Positions 12,319-25,368 of a stretch of DNA of 64,000 bases are shown here, one piece after another (position 1 is the first letter of the stretch; every line of letters starts with the position of its first letter). This stretch comes from Batkoa obscura (taxonomy: Eukaryota), in NCBI GenBank assembly GCA_030770535.1, contig JASVEC010000001.1, positions 868,001 through 932,000 of the forward strand, read 5' to 3'. A program made the position numbers and the translations under genes. Below the pieces are notes generated by a model. It was not told the origin of the DNA, made no database searches, and saw only the letters and a list, made by a program, of their open reading frames with translations.

Positions 12319-12794
12319 AATTAATAATTTAAAATAACATTTGTATAATTTTTATATTATAATATTTTGTTTTAAAAAAAATAAAAAATAAAACATTATA
12401 GAATTACTTTTGTCCTTAACTATAAATGAGTATTATGCATTTTTTCTAGTTTTACTTAATCTATAGCACAATACCCTACATTAAATACCATAAATTTCTT
12501 GAAATGAATACAATATATCAATTTATAAATGTTTATATAACAAGTAGCTTTCGAAATATTATATAAAATTTTATAAAAGGTAGAATTCGTCACTTTTCGA
12601 AAATTTTAAGCTTATTTACCAATAACCAGAGAGCATCTTGAAAATTATTGGATAACTCAAACTCAAACTTAAAATTCAAACTATAATTGGTCAAACTCCA
12701 AAAACTGTTTTCCCATAATGATCCAAAGTATAAAACATGCTTGTAAAGATAGTTAAAATTTGTCAAATTATTTAGTCTATTTCATTATTTAACT

Positions 12795-14562
12795 ATGTCT
12801 TCTGTCACTGCTCAAACTGCCGCCACCAATCCTACCGCTAATAGTAAGTGTATTTTTTGCTATATTCAAAATTTATTTACAAATGAAATTAGCCCTCAAA
12901 AACCCATCAAACACTATTAAAGAGGTAGGTAATCCCCATGCATTTGGTGATGTTACAGTTGATAATTCAAGTGTTACTACAGCAGAGCTCAATGACACAG
13001 GTTCTGAGTTAACAAAGGCTACTGAAATAAATGGAGCTGTGGATCCAACTTTTGAATTCCTTAATCTGAAAGGACCAAAACCTGCTACTTTTGAAAAAGT
13101 AGCTTACTTTTTCATCAAAAGGTACTACTATACCCTTTCTAAAGTTCCACATAAATCATATTTGTTTTATCATTCGAAAGCACTTTTGATCCACGGTGAT
13201 GAAGCTCAGGATGTCCTTCCTATTAAAGGTTTAAAGAATATTCATGAACATTTGATTAAATTAGATTTCAGTAAATGTAATATTGTACTTACCAATGTTG
13301 ACTGCACTCCTTCGGTTAATGGTTCTATATTTATTGTGGTTATAGGCGAGGTTGCTTATTTTAGTGGGCTTCAAAAGAAATTTATTCAATCCTTTTTATT
13401 GAAAGAAAAGTCCAACGGGTTTACCATAGTTAATGATATTTTTAGGTATATTGTTGATACTGCAGATGAGTACCCTTCAGGTGACTATGTAAAGTTAAAA
13501 GTTAAGGAGGATACAATCAAGTTAGACGTGGGACCAACTGGATCTATCCCAACATCTCCTACCTCTGAAAGCACTGTTTCTCCATTAGCTTCCGATGAAG
13601 CACCGATTGCTGAAGATTTACCATCAGTTGAAAACCTTCCACCATTAGTTGAGGAAGTTTTACCACCAGTTAAAGAAAAAAGCCCAGAAGCTCCAAAAAC
13701 CGATGAAGTTACCCCTGAGACAACCCAATCCGGAAGCATCGCTGACTCGACATTGGAGCCAACTACCACACTTACCAAGGCTGCAAAGAAGAAAAGAGCC
13801 AAAGCTCTTAAGAAAAAAGCTACTGAAGTTGAACAAGAAACCGCTGTAGCTGAAGTCGAAGTTAAGACTAATAGTAAAGCTGGAGTCGAGACTAAGATTG
13901 ATGAAGTCAAGTCTGAAACTACTAAAGTTGAGGAAGTCAAAGCTGAAGAGAAGCCTAAAACTAATGGCAGCCCTGCTACGGACCTCTGTTTGCCTTCCAC
14001 TCCAGCCTCAACTAAGGTTCAAGAAAAACCCAAAGCCTGGGCCAAACTACCACCAATCGAGTCTGCTCCCGTAGTATCTGCCACAATAAAACAGCCAATA
14101 AAACAGCCAATAAAACCAGTTACCACAGCCGTTGAGAAACCAATTGTTAGCACCCCAGTTGCTCATGATGAAAACAATGATATTTTTAAGTCCCATGTTT
14201 GCCTTCGATTTGTCAGAGAAAATACTCCAAAGCCAGTTGTCGTTAAAGCACTCTCTAAGTTTGGTATTGTACAAAACGTTGAATTCAATCAAAGGATTAC
14301 CTTTGCTGAGTTTACAACAGTTGAATCAGCTTCCAAAGCTATTACTGCTGGCCAAGTTGAAATCAATGGTAATAGAGTACAAATTGAACAACGCCGCCAC
14401 CGTCAAAATCACCATGGATTTTATAACCGTAAAAATGGTAATTACAACCGCTATGGTAAATATGGTAATAATACTTCACCTACTGGGTCTAATGAATCTG
14501 GAGATTGGTCTACTCCAAGGCCGGTTGGTAGGTATCCTGGGAACAGAGGAGTAAATCATTAA
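12795..14562 (+). CDS. NTF2 + RRM protein (G3BP/Bre5/Nxt3 family), one 5' intron
   Basis: NTF2 domain (FIKRYYYTL...IVVIGE...KFIQSFLL...IVNDIFRY), acidic/Pro-rich linker, C-terminal RRM and an Arg/Gly/Asn tail. Exon 1 (12795-12843) splices in frame to 12893. Confidence 0.85.
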
Positions 14563-15432
14563 TTTGAGATAATATTAGATTTTATGTTTTAGTTCTTTTT
14601 AAATTAATAATGATGATTGCTGTTAACATTGTATAGATGGTTTATTTTAACTTTTTGCCTTCTCCTTTGAGCTTTTCATCTAATACTCTTACATCCCTAC
14701 TACACTTTGTTTATGCTTTAAAAAAATCCTCACTTATCCCTTTCAAAATAAAAGTACATTTATATTTATTTTTATGTGTATATGTGGACCAGTTTAAACA
14801 ATAAATGAATATAATTTATCAATTTTTAAAAATTTAAATCAAGGAATACACTACTATCTAAAATTAATGTTTTTATTTTTATTTTTTATAATTTTGATAA
14901 GATTTAACAAAGTTAAAATTTAATTCGTATGCCACTTTTGAACATTAATAGCTATAAGTTTACTTTATATAATTATGATATAATTTCATAATTAGCTTAA
15001 CTTTGGTCTTTTTTATATTGTGTAAAATGTTTTATTTATCATAAAAACTGATACAGCAATTTTTTTTCAATTTTGCTAAAGCATGTATCTTAAACTATGT
15101 GTTTTTTTATAAATCCTACTACATGTCTTTGTAACACTATGTATACTACTGAGAAAATAGTAACACTAATACCTATAGGATATATTAAAATTGTTTAATA
15201 AAATATAAATAAACATTATTAAATCACTTTATTACCAACGATATTTCACAAATTATACATATCATTTTTTATGATTTCACTCTATTTTACTCATAATCAC
15301 TCATTACTTATACCAATTATCGCAGTAAATTAAAAAAACTACGAAACTAGCTCATTGATTGGCTATGTTAACAATCCAAAAAAAAATCCTACAATATATA
15401 AAAGATTACTTTTTAAAGCGTAGTACTTAAAA

Positions 15433-17527
15433 ATGGAAAAAGAAATCGAAAGCATAGCCAAACAAGTAGAACAGATTGTAGTAGAGTAAGCCAAGGTTGT
15501 ATAATTAATGATATTGTATTTAAAATGATGAATATTAGTGAAAATGGGGAGCCATTATCAAAAAAAGGGTTAAAAAAATTAGAAAAAGAACGTGAAAAGC
15601 AGAAGAGAAAGGAAGAAGTAGCAGCCCGTTTAGCCGCTGAAAAAGCCGAAAGGGAAGCTAAAGATGTTGATTTTGCTACAGAAAACTATGGCAAAAGAGC
15701 ACTTAATCAATCCCAAGAACGTACTAACGAACAAAGAATTGATATTCGTAAAATTGATGAGAGTTTAGTTGGAAGCTCTATTATTTTAAGAGCTCGTGTT
15801 CAAACTTCTCGTCTTGCAGGTAATATAAATACAAATATAAATATAAGCATGAATATTAATTAAAAAAATCAAGGTGCTAAAAATTGCTTCTTTGTCTTAC
15901 GTCAATCTTTTTACACCGTACAAGGTGTTGTAACTATTGATTCAAGCAGTGTTAGTAAACAATTCCTTAAATTTGCTGGAAGGTAAAATAGTTTTTTACT
16001 TTAATTTATTTTCACTAATCATATTTTTATTTAGCATTCCACCTGAAAGTATTATTTTAGTTCATGGTGAAGTGGTAAAGGCGCCAGAACCAATCAAAAG
16101 TTGCACAGTTCAGTCAGTTGAGCTTAAAATTTTCAAAGTAATCAATGATTATTATTATTTTATTTTATTTTAATCACATATTAGCTTTTTACTCTTTCTG
16201 AATCTGTTGATCGTTTACCTTTTAGTATCGAAGATGCTTCACGTCCCGAAAAATATTTTAAAGACGTAAGTGTTTTATTTTTCATGTAATTTAATAATAA
16301 ATGATTTAAATTTAGGCTGAAGCTTCAAATGCTGAAAATGAAGTTGAAGGTAGTGAGGTAAAAACAAAATATAACTTAAAATACATTAACTAAATGAAAT
16401 CCAAACAGAAACCTAAATATGTCAAAGTCAATTTAGATACTCGTCTTAATAATCGAGTAATGGATTTAAGAGTAAGAGAATAACAATGAATAAATAATAA
16501 TGGTAATAATAATAATTTCAACTTAACTAGACGACAACAAATCAAGCTATCTTCCGTCTTCAATCTGGAATATCTAAAATATTCCGTGATTTCTTGACTG
16601 AGAGAGAATTTGTTGAAATTCATACTCCTAAAATTATGGGCGCAGCTAGTGAAGGAGGAGCTAACGTTTTTAAATTAAACTATTTTAAAACTAATGCCTT
16701 CTTAGCTCAATCCCCACAATTACACAAGCAAATGTCCGTTTGTGCAGGATTTGAAAAAGTATTTGAAATTGGACCAGTGTTTAGAGCAGAAGATTCTAAT
16801 ACTCATCGTCACATGACTGAATTTATTGGCATGGATTTAGAGATGGCCTTTGAAGAGCATTACCACGAAGTATTAGACTTATTTGACGATTTATTTGTTA
16901 CTCTCTTTACCAAATTAAGTGAAACTTATAGTAAAGAACTTGAAGCAGTAAACCAACAATATCCATTTGAGTCATTCAAGTTTTTACCAAAAACATTAAG
17001 ATTAAAATTCCCAGAGGGAATTGCACTCTTAAAAGAAAATGGTATTGAAGTGGGTGAGTTAGATGATCTCAGGTAATTAGAATTGAATATCTTTAGAAAA
17101 AAGGGAGCTTAACTTTTTATTTTTTAGCACTGAAAATGAAAGAATATTAGGTAGATTAGTGCGTGAAAAATATGATACTGATTTCTTTATTTTGGATAAA
17201 TTCCCACTTAATATTAGACCATTTTATACTATGCCAGATCCAAATAATAAAGATTATTCAAACTCTTATGATTTCTTCATGAGAGGAGAAGAAATTATGT
17301 CAGGTGCTCAACGTATTCATGATTCTGAGTTTTTAATTCAAAGAGCTAGGGAATGTGGTGTTGATCCAATAACTATTCAACCTTATATTGATGCTTTTAA
17401 ACTTGGTGCTCCTCCACATGCTGGTGGTGGTATTGGTTTAGAAAGAGTAGTAATGTTGTATCTTGGTTTGGGTAACATCCGTCGTACCTCGTTATTCCCT
17501 CGTGATCCACGTCGACTTGCACCTTAA
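15433..17527 (+). CDS. DPS1: Cytoplasmic aspartyl-tRNA synthetase (spliced)
   Basis: Motifs [71 protein letters not shown]. Confidence 0.97.
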
Positions 17528-17579
17528 ATTTTATTATAAAAAAATAAAGTACTAAGATTTATAAAATGTGTATAATTTA

Positions 17580-18263
17580 TTAAAATTGAGAAAAAGGTGG
17601 AAAACTAGTTTTAATCATAGGAGGAGGGGAAGCCATGGAAATTAAAGGGTTATGATTAGGCTCACTCCAATCTTGAATCAAAAATTTAGGTTGTGAAGCT
17701 TCAAATTTAATTTCGATATCTTCGTTTAAGTTGCTGGCATTGTTCCCCAGGTTTAATTTATTTAGCTTGTTAATTAAATCACTAGAAAAAGTTAATGCAT
17801 TAGGGGCGTCTTCAGAACTAGAGAGCCAGCCAGAAGGAGGTGAATTAGGCGGAGAAATTAAAAACAAACGTTCACTATTTATCACGTTTAAATAGTTTTT
17901 TCGAAGGCTTTTATTTAAAATGGGTTCTAATAAATAAACTTTAATTAAATAATTATTAAGTTTTTGAAAATGATATTTTTTCTTGATCTCTTTAGCTATG
18001 TCCCCATAGATCCCCTCTTCCTCCATCTCTCCCTCATCTTCCATCTCTTCAAATACTATTATTATTCTTTGTAACTTTTTTATCGGACAATAACTTTTAA
18101 TTCTACCTTCTCTTTCAAGGATGATTTTTAGTTGGTTTAAATTTTCTTGCTGAAATAAGTTACTATCATCGCATGAAATGACAATGCAATTTGTATTGAT
18201 TGATTCTTCCTTTTTTTCTTGGTTGATAATCATCTTCGTTTCTAAATTCTTTGTATTCATCAT
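17580..18263 (-). CDS. RCN1: Calcipressin / RCAN family calcineurin regulator
   Basis: FLISPPNSPPSGW motif, N-terminal RRM-like region (KKLQRIIIVF) and C-terminal KTSFPP. Confidence 0.88.
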   Translation of the reverse strand: MMNTKNLETKMIINQEKKEESINTNCIVISCDDSNLFQQENLNQLKIILEREGRIKSYCPIKKLQRIIIVFEEMEDEGEMEEEGIYGDIAKEIKKKYHFQKLNNYLIKVYLLEPILNKSLRKNYLNVINSERLFLISPPNSPPSGWLSSSEDAPNALTFSSDLINKLNKLNLGNNASNLNEDIEIKFEASQPKFLIQDWSEPNHNPLISMASPPPMIKTSFPPFSQF

Positions 18264-18429
18264 TGTTATATTGGTAGTAAGCTATTTAAAAATTAATTTT
18301 TAGTTTATTTAAATTTATTTATACTTAAATTGCTTAGAAATTATGCTTATTATTTATTCAATAAAATGGCTTATAAGTGAACAAATTCATTTTTATTAGC
18401 TAAATCAAAGTTTATTATATCATGTAAAA

Positions 18430-19050
18430 TATCTACATACTACTGCTGTGACCAAACTTCCTACGGGTAAAACAAGTTTGTCTTTGTTTTAGGTTTGGCT
18501 TTTCATACAGATGAAGTTTACAGTTTTTATTCTTCATGCTACGAGCTTTCAAGTCTCACGAACTATCATTAACACCTAATAGTCCTTGCATCTTACAGGT
18601 CATAATGCCATAACTAAGATTATCAAAAGATGGTAAAAATTGTTTGAATTTGTCAGGTAAACAATCGAGAAGATGATAACGTAAATCTATACCTTTGGTT
18701 ACTTCACAATCAAAGCATAACCCATAAAATCCGGATAAAAATAACTCAAAATCCTTTTTAGTTTTTATTGTAAATCCTAATTCATATAGCTCGATTTCTT
18801 CATTATATAATGAAATTCAAGGTCAGCCTTATTTAAAAAATCTTTCTTTAAAATTCTCAAAAGTATCAACTGGTGTTTTGTTACGTTTATCGATATATTT
18901 TTCAAGCACTCTCCTTGGAGGTTTCGACGTGCAAGCAAGAGCTGATCGTCATCCTTTTCTACTTTAAATATTCTAAAAAATGACTCTAATGCCATAAGGC
19001 AGAATTTGAATTCTCAAATACTAGTTTTGTTCAAAGGCCCTTCCTCTTAG
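18430..19050 (-). mobile_element. Degenerate LTR-retrotransposon gag remnant
   Basis: Frame-shifted and stop-interrupted translation LESFFRIFKVEKDDDQLLLARRNLQG...RYHLLDCLPDKFKQFL...QTCFTRRKFGHSSSM*, ending in a decayed CX2CX4HX4C knuckle. Confidence 0.55.
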
Positions 19051-19313
19051 CTAATGTTTCTTATAAGTCGAACATAGATCATTTTCAGGGACGCTCATAT
19101 CTATTGAAATTTTTTAGAAAAAAAGGGTTCAAGTGAGGCTTTAATAAGTTTTTGACACTGAGATTAAAAAAGTTTAATAGGGTTATAGATATAAAATACA
19201 TTTTAAAGTTATCAAATTAAAGAACTTAATCGTAGTTATATAAATATTAAGGTTTAAAAGTGATATAAAAAAATGGAAATGAAAGATTAATATTTCAATC
19301 TATCTTCCTCTCA

Positions 19314-19447
19314 CTAGAAGAGGTTTCAGGTCGTTATTCCCGAAACTTGATTTATTTAGTAAAACACCAAAATTTACTTTATTTAAAAGAAATCGTGTTT
19401 TACTAAATAAATCAAGTTGGGAGTGACTACCTGAAACCTATCTCTAG
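19314..19447. repeat. Foldback/hairpin element (MITE-like)
   Basis: Arms of about 55 bp: AGGTTTCAGGT..ACTTGATTTATTTAGTAAAACAC / GTGTTTTACTAAATAAATCAAGT..ACCTGAAACCT, bounded by CTAG on both sides. Confidence 0.75.
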
Positions 19448-20056
19448 TATTATTAACTTGAGGGTAAAGCTTCAAATATCAAGATCAAGCTAAAGTTTTA
19501 GATGATTCATAAATGTTCATTATTTGAGCAATGTTTAATAAATTCTTAGTTTTGCTTTAGAGGGAACCAACAAGCAAGATTTTGTAAAATTCTAAAAATC
19601 GTTTTTCTAACACTAATAAAGCATTAGGAATATATACTCTTTCAAGATCTAAAAAGATTTACCAGTTAAGAAATATAACCCTTTTCATACATTGTAAATA
19701 AACTATAAAATTAAACCTTTAAATGTATAACTTAAAAGTATTAAACTACAGGATTTTCAGTTAAAAGACATTGTCAAAAAGGTGGTATAGTTTCAACAAT
19801 ATCCTATAAAAATATACAAAATAAAAAATTTATGATGAAAATTATTATAGTTTTACCTGGAATTATTTTAATTCTCATCACTATTTAACAATTTGTTTAC
19901 CTGTACTAATTATTACTGCAAATTCTTGCAATATTATTTAAATTAGTCACTTTTTTGCCAGTAATTTAAAACCGAAATACTGTACTTGCCAACAAATACA
20001 AACAATGGTGAACTTTTATTCATTGTGTAATTAAATTTAAAAGCTAAAATTACTGT

Positions 20057-20148
20057 GGAGATGTATTTTTTTTAAAATTTTACTAACAATCTTTTCACTC
20101 AAGTAGCGCTTAAAAAATGGAAAAAGTAATGAAACCAAAAACATCCTC
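20057..20148. mobile_element. MITE family A, copy 4
   Basis: GGAGATGT...ACATCCTC with the same core; TSD not preserved. Confidence 0.75.
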
Positions 20149-20363
20149 CTATAGCACTTTTATAAATTTATCAACCTTTTCAGACTTAACAGCTTTCTGA
20201 GGATACTGCATATTAAGACTTTAAGGTAGCATTTATAAACAACCTCTGACATTAATCATTGAGTTTTCAAAAAGATAGACCATAACTTTTAGTATAAATA
20301 TCCCAAATTTTAATCTATCAAATTTATATTTATGTAAAAAGTATTTAAAAACCTATAACATAT

Positions 20364-20461
20364 GGGGTGTTTTTTTTTGGGTTCATCACTTTTTTCATTC
20401 TTTAAGCACTATTGAGCGGAAGATGTGTTAGTAAATCTCTTGAAGAAAAAGAGACATCCCC
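20364..20461. mobile_element. MITE family A, copy 5
   Basis: GGGGTGT...ACATCCCC, TSD ATAT/ATAT. Confidence 0.82.
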
Positions 20462-20996
20462 ATATAGTGAGTATATCCAGTTGTTATCCCATTACATAAA
20501 AATATCATTAGCTAAAATCCAGCTTTATCAGGGAACATAAAGGGATTATATGAATAAAATAGTGCTTCTAAGTAAATATTAAAATAAACAAAACTTTCAT
20601 TATGAAGGTTTTTATCATTAACTATATGACCTTTAGTTTATAATTAGAGTACCCCATCGATTCGTTACCTATAAGGGGTTAAATTAATATATTAAGCTTC
20701 AAACTAAGTATACTAGTTTTTTTGATAATCTAATATCTGCTTTAAAACGTTTTATTAGTCTGCTCTAACATTCAAAAAATAAAGAAGCAATACCAATATC
20801 AAATTGAGTTCATTTCATTTGCTCAAGTAATAGCTTTCTAGTACCCATCTGAAAATGATCTTGTATTAATATCTTTAAGCTACTCTTAACTGATTGATAT
20901 ATAATAAATGCTTGGATCTATACTAAACAGTTTTAAATATGTAAACTAAACTAAAAAAAAATCAAATAAAGAATAACATTTATTGTAAAATTAACA

Positions 20997-22421
20997 TTAT
21001 TTGGCATTATGAATCCAATTAACAACCTTATTTTTTATAAATTGTTTAACACTCTGGACACTTTCTGAATCATAAAAATGGATTTGATCCATATCCGAAA
21101 CGTGGGAAGCTCCTTTAATTTCGATTATATAGGAATCACTATTTACCTGTTGCATTAAGTTATTTCGAACATTCATTAATTTTGTGACATCAGGTAACAA
21201 AGATAGTTTATTCCATGGGTCTAACTCACCGTTTGTTAAGATTATATTTGTAAAATTAACATTCTTGCTTAACTCATTTATATTTTTATTGTTTATAAAT
21301 GAATATTGTTGATTATAAGTGTTAATATTATCAAATAAGTCAAAAGATTTATCCTTAAATACATTTTTACAATAGAATTCATTAAACCATTTTTTAGTTA
21401 AGTAGATTGAACGTAATGAAGTTTGATTTGAGGGTGCTGTTTGCCAATAACCAAATTCATTACAAGATTGATATATCCACTGTCTAAAATACGATTTGGG
21501 ATTTATACTAGTATTTGTCAAATCCTGGTAATTACTAAAGTCATAACACGATTGATTTTGATTTTCTAAAAATAAATTCAATTGTCCAATGTATTCCATT
21601 AATAATAATTGAATATTATTTATAGGTGCTTTATTTAAACTACTACAAAAGGAATCGATACTTGGTAAACGATCATTTGAGTTATATTGTATAATTGTAG
21701 CTAACATATCTGAAATTGTATATAAAAATAATAAGTTGTCTTTTATTGGACTACAATTTAATTTTGTTTTAATATTTTCTAATTCGTCACTATTCTCTTG
21801 ATATAATTCATCAAAATGTTGTCTTATTTTTATTAATTTATTATTACATTCTTGATTGTTTAATGCCTTTGAAATGCCCTGGTCATATTCATAAAAATCT
21901 TCTTTTAAAGTTAATGGTGGGCTTGAAGCAAATATAGCCAAGTAATCTTGATCAAAGTTGAGTTTGGACCAGACAGCTAAATTAGCAGAATAACTACCTC
22001 CAATTAAAATAAAATGGTTTATATTGTATTTGTTTTTCAAATAATTTTTAAAATCTAATATATCATATAACATTTGTTTACTCGATAAATAAGCTAAATT
22101 CTTGGTTTCAAATGTCGAATAAGGTTGACTTTTTCCATAATACCGATGCTCTAAAGCTGCTAATAAACCACCGTTCTCTTTAATAATCGAATAAAATAAT
22201 CCATTTCTAACTCGACTTTCTTTTAATTCATTTTCACCACTAATGTAAATAACTCCAACATTGTTTTTCTTGTTCTTATTAAAATAATCTTTATTAATAA
22301 AATATCTTTGTTGAAAAGTTAAACTAGTTGAATTAAAATGATCAATTTTTTGTTCAAAATAACTTTCTTTACATTGTATTAAACTGATTATAGACAATAT
22401 TATTAATACTATTAATCTCAT
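20997..22421 (-). CDS. Secreted serine peptidase family S28 (PRCP/TSSP-like), intronless
   Basis: Signal peptide MRLIVLIILSIISLIQC; motifs QKIDHF, FQQRY, LEHRYYGKS, GGSYSA (Ser), NGELDPW (Asp), GASHVSD (His). Confidence 0.92.
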   Translation of the reverse strand: MRLIVLIILSIISLIQCKESYFEQKIDHFNSTSLTFQQRYFINKDYFNKNKKNNVGVIYISGENELKESRVRNGLFYSIIKENGGLLAALEHRYYGKSQPYSTFETKNLAYLSSKQMLYDILDFKNYLKNKYNINHFILIGGSYSANLAVWSKLNFDQDYLAIFASSPPLTLKEDFYEYDQGISKALNNQECNNKLIKIRQHFDELYQENSDELENIKTKLNCSPIKDNLLFLYTISDMLATIIQYNSNDRLPSIDSFCSSLNKAPINNIQLLLMEYIGQLNLFLENQNQSCYDFSNYQDLTNTSINPKSYFRQWIYQSCNEFGYWQTAPSNQTSLRSIYLTKKWFNEFYCKNVFKDKSFDLFDNINTYNQQYSFINNKNINELSKNVNFTNIILTNGELDPWNKLSLLPDVTKLMNVRNNLMQQVNSDSYIIEIKGASHVSDMDQIHFYDSESVQSVKQFIKNKVVNWIHNAK

Positions 22422-23390
22422 TTATTATTATCGTTATTGTAATTATATTGGAATATTATTAACTATAAAACTATATTGTGATCGTTATTGAATAGGACTA
22501 AACTTGGTTTTATTACTACTTTTTACTTTAATAATCTTCGAAATTTTATTTGATATACCAATAAGTGATTATATTCTAAAGTTTATCTGCGTGAGATTCT
22601 CGCCACAAAGTCAATCTTGCTTTTTTACTTAATATAGAAATAAAGCAAAGTAAAATAGAAAGGAGGTACCGATAATTCTTTTTCTCGTTTTCTGTTGTTT
22701 ATATAGCATAGCTATTTTATACAATCAATTGATTGTTATTGTAATATTAAATATTTATTGAAAAAGTATTGAAATTAAGTTATTTTTATTGCTTTTAATA
22801 ACTTTAATTTTTAATTTTTATATACTTTAAATTAAAATTGGAATTTTTAATCAAAACAAATTCAAATTTAATACTTTTAAATCAAACAAATCAATTTGAG
22901 TGAGAAAATAAATTAAAACTTTAATTAGACTAATCTAGAATTTAAATCAATGTAAATTATTATCAATTCAAATCAGATTATTGATATTATTATAAGATGA
23001 TGTTGATACTTAATTACATTTTAAACAAATTTTTAAGTAGATGTGCTAGCATAATTAAAGTTTATATATTATAAGTATTAGTTTATTTTTCTAAAATTAT
23101 CAACAGTACAATTTCGTATATTTTAATTGGTTGATAATTACTTAGATATTAATTTATAGACGTTAGCATAAATATGCTTCATATTTAATATACGAAAATA
23201 AACACATTTATTATTATTTTTTATTATAGATTCTATAAAAATTACAATTTTTTTAATAGAGTACACAATAGGAGATAGATATAAAGCTCTTGGATATATA
23301 ATGAATCTAATAAATGAAAATTGATCTATGTTTAATGTCATAACCCTAAAGATTTGAAAATCCTTACATTGAAATGTAAATAAAACAATA

Positions 23391-23529
23391 TGCTTTTGAA
23401 TCCGTGGAGATAGTTGATAGAGTAAGGAATCTGCCCAAAGTTACTAAAAAATCTTTAAACATACTAAATTGGTTAGTAATTTTGGGCAGATTCTCTATTC
23501 TATTAAGTATCTCTACTGGTTCAAAAGCA
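23391..23529. repeat. Foldback/hairpin element (MITE-like)
   Basis: Imperfect arms of about 57 bp: TGCTTTTGAA..GAATCTGCCCAAAGTTACTAA / TTAGTAATTTTGGGCAGATTC..TTCAAAAGCA. Confidence 0.72.
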
Positions 23530-23742
23530 GGTTAAAACGAAAATAAAATTGGAATTCTCAAGGTTTCGATCTTTGTATGTTATACATTTACTTTCAACTT
23601 TCACTTTCAATGAACAAAATTGGAAACTTTCAATTAACCAATAATATGCTTACTACAAAATGACTTTAGAATTTTAAATTGATAAAAACAATAGCAAATT
23701 CAATCAACTTTTTGTTTATAAAAAATAAATAAAAAAAGAGAG

Positions 23743-24255
23743 ATGGAAAACTTTGAAGAGTTTAGTAATCGAGTATATGAATTATTTCAAATATCAGGAG
23801 ATAAAGTAAGTTAATTTCAAAATAAAAAGCGATTTTAACAGTTGATTTTTAATTAGTTTCGATTTACTTATAAATATCGTCATTGTGATGGTAAAATGGT
23901 CATGAAAGCAACGGATGATACAATAGTAAGAATTTAAAATAGTTCAATTAATCCTTATATTAATTAAATTAAAATAGACTATGTTATATGAAACAGATCA
24001 ATTACAAGATATTAAAAAAATGGAAAAATTAAACCGTAATTTAATATTCAATATATTAGATGCTCCTATACCTGAATTATCTGAAATAAGTAAGTATTTT
24101 TAATCCTTTGAGAACAATTTTTACATTTATATTTATATTTATTAGCACCTCCTATAGCTAATACTGCTAATACTAATACAGCAACAAGCAACAATAAAAA
24201 TAATAAAGAAAAGGAAACAAGTAAAAAGAAAAATAAAAAGAAAGGAAAGAAATAG
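23743..24255 (+). CDS. SRP9: Signal recognition particle Alu subunit SRP9/SRP21 family (4 exons; not in the ORF track)
   Basis: Spliced translation MENFEEFSNRVYELFQISGDK/FRFTYKYRHCDGKMVMKATDDTI/TMLYETDQLQDIKKMEKLN...KKKNKKKGKK*. Confidence 0.85.
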
Positions 24256-24338
24256 GTCATATAAATAAAGATTTGATTTATAGCAGATAGATTTAAATTT
24301 TATTTTTATTATTATTATTTTCTATTTCAAATAATAAA

Positions 24339-25368
24339 CTAAATACGTATTTGATTAGGATTCAATTGCTGAATAAAATGAATAAAATTAAAATTGATAG
24401 CACAAGTTTGACTACAAAATTTTAAAGAAAAAGGATACGATAAACCTGGTTTACAAAAAGATAAAAATAAAATAGCTTCATAGTTACAAAAATAAATGGA
24501 ATTTAAACAAAAGGAACAAGTGTATACAATTAAATTATCGAACCAAGATTGTAATTTTTTGGGTATTTTCTTGTTCATTGTTTTGAACTTACTGTTTTGT
24601 AATATATTTGATTGTCTTAATATAATTTCTTGAAATTTTAGCCCATTCTCTCCATATCTTTTCCAATACCATTTTTTATCTTTAGTTTTCTTAGTCTCAA
24701 ATAACGGATTTGGTACTCCAATAAAGATCTCTAATTTCTTTAATTCTAATAATGAGATTGGGAAGGATTGCTAAAATAAGTATATTAATAGAAGAAATGA
24801 ATAGAAGAAATGAATATTCAATAAAATAAATTTACTTACAATCATATTCGAACTCAAAGATAATTCTACTAAATTAGTTAACTGACTTAATTGTGGTGGA
24901 ACAAAGCGAATGAAATTGCCTTCTAAAATAAAGTCAACAACCATTTTCAATAAAAATTAATTTCATCCTTACTCAATATTAAAACCGTTAAATTATCTAA
25001 ATTTAATACACATTTTGGAAATTGTAATAATTGATTATTAATTAAAAATAGTTTAATCTCTCTTATTATACCACAAGTGGGACTATACCAAACAATATGT
25101 TTTAAATCACTCATTTCTTTAGGTAAATGAAAGAGGAAGAGATTGCTAAAAAGAATCATAGTTATTTTTTATAATATTATGAATTTTAAATAGAAATTAC
25201 CTCAATTCAATTATTCCATCAGTCGTATTAATTGCTTCTGCTATTATATCTCGTGCAGTTTGTTGATCTTGTGCTTTTTTGACTCTATTTTTTTGAAATT
25301 TTAATTTAATTTAATTTAATAAAATTAAATTATAAAACTTACCTGGTTCGACTTAAAAATAAACTCAT
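24339..25368 (-). CDS. Leucine-rich repeat protein with C-terminal Cys-rich region (LRRC58/LRRC28-like), spliced
   Basis: LRRs (LFLINNQLLQFPKCVLNLDNLTVLIL, NFIRFVPPQLSQLTNLVELSLSSNMI), NP cap, box-like KFQEIILRQ, then CSFC...FCSQTC. Confidence 0.72.

Noticed and set aside
13485..14554. Overlapping ORFs 13485-14000(-), 13649-13849, 14047-14292 and 14132-14554
   Set aside because: Shadow frames of the low-complexity G3BP-like coding region.
1301..14562. Functional cluster of a deubiquitinase and its Bre5/G3BP cofactor
   Set aside because: Bre5/G3BP partners Ubp3/USP10, not Ubp15/USP7; the proximity is probably coincidental.
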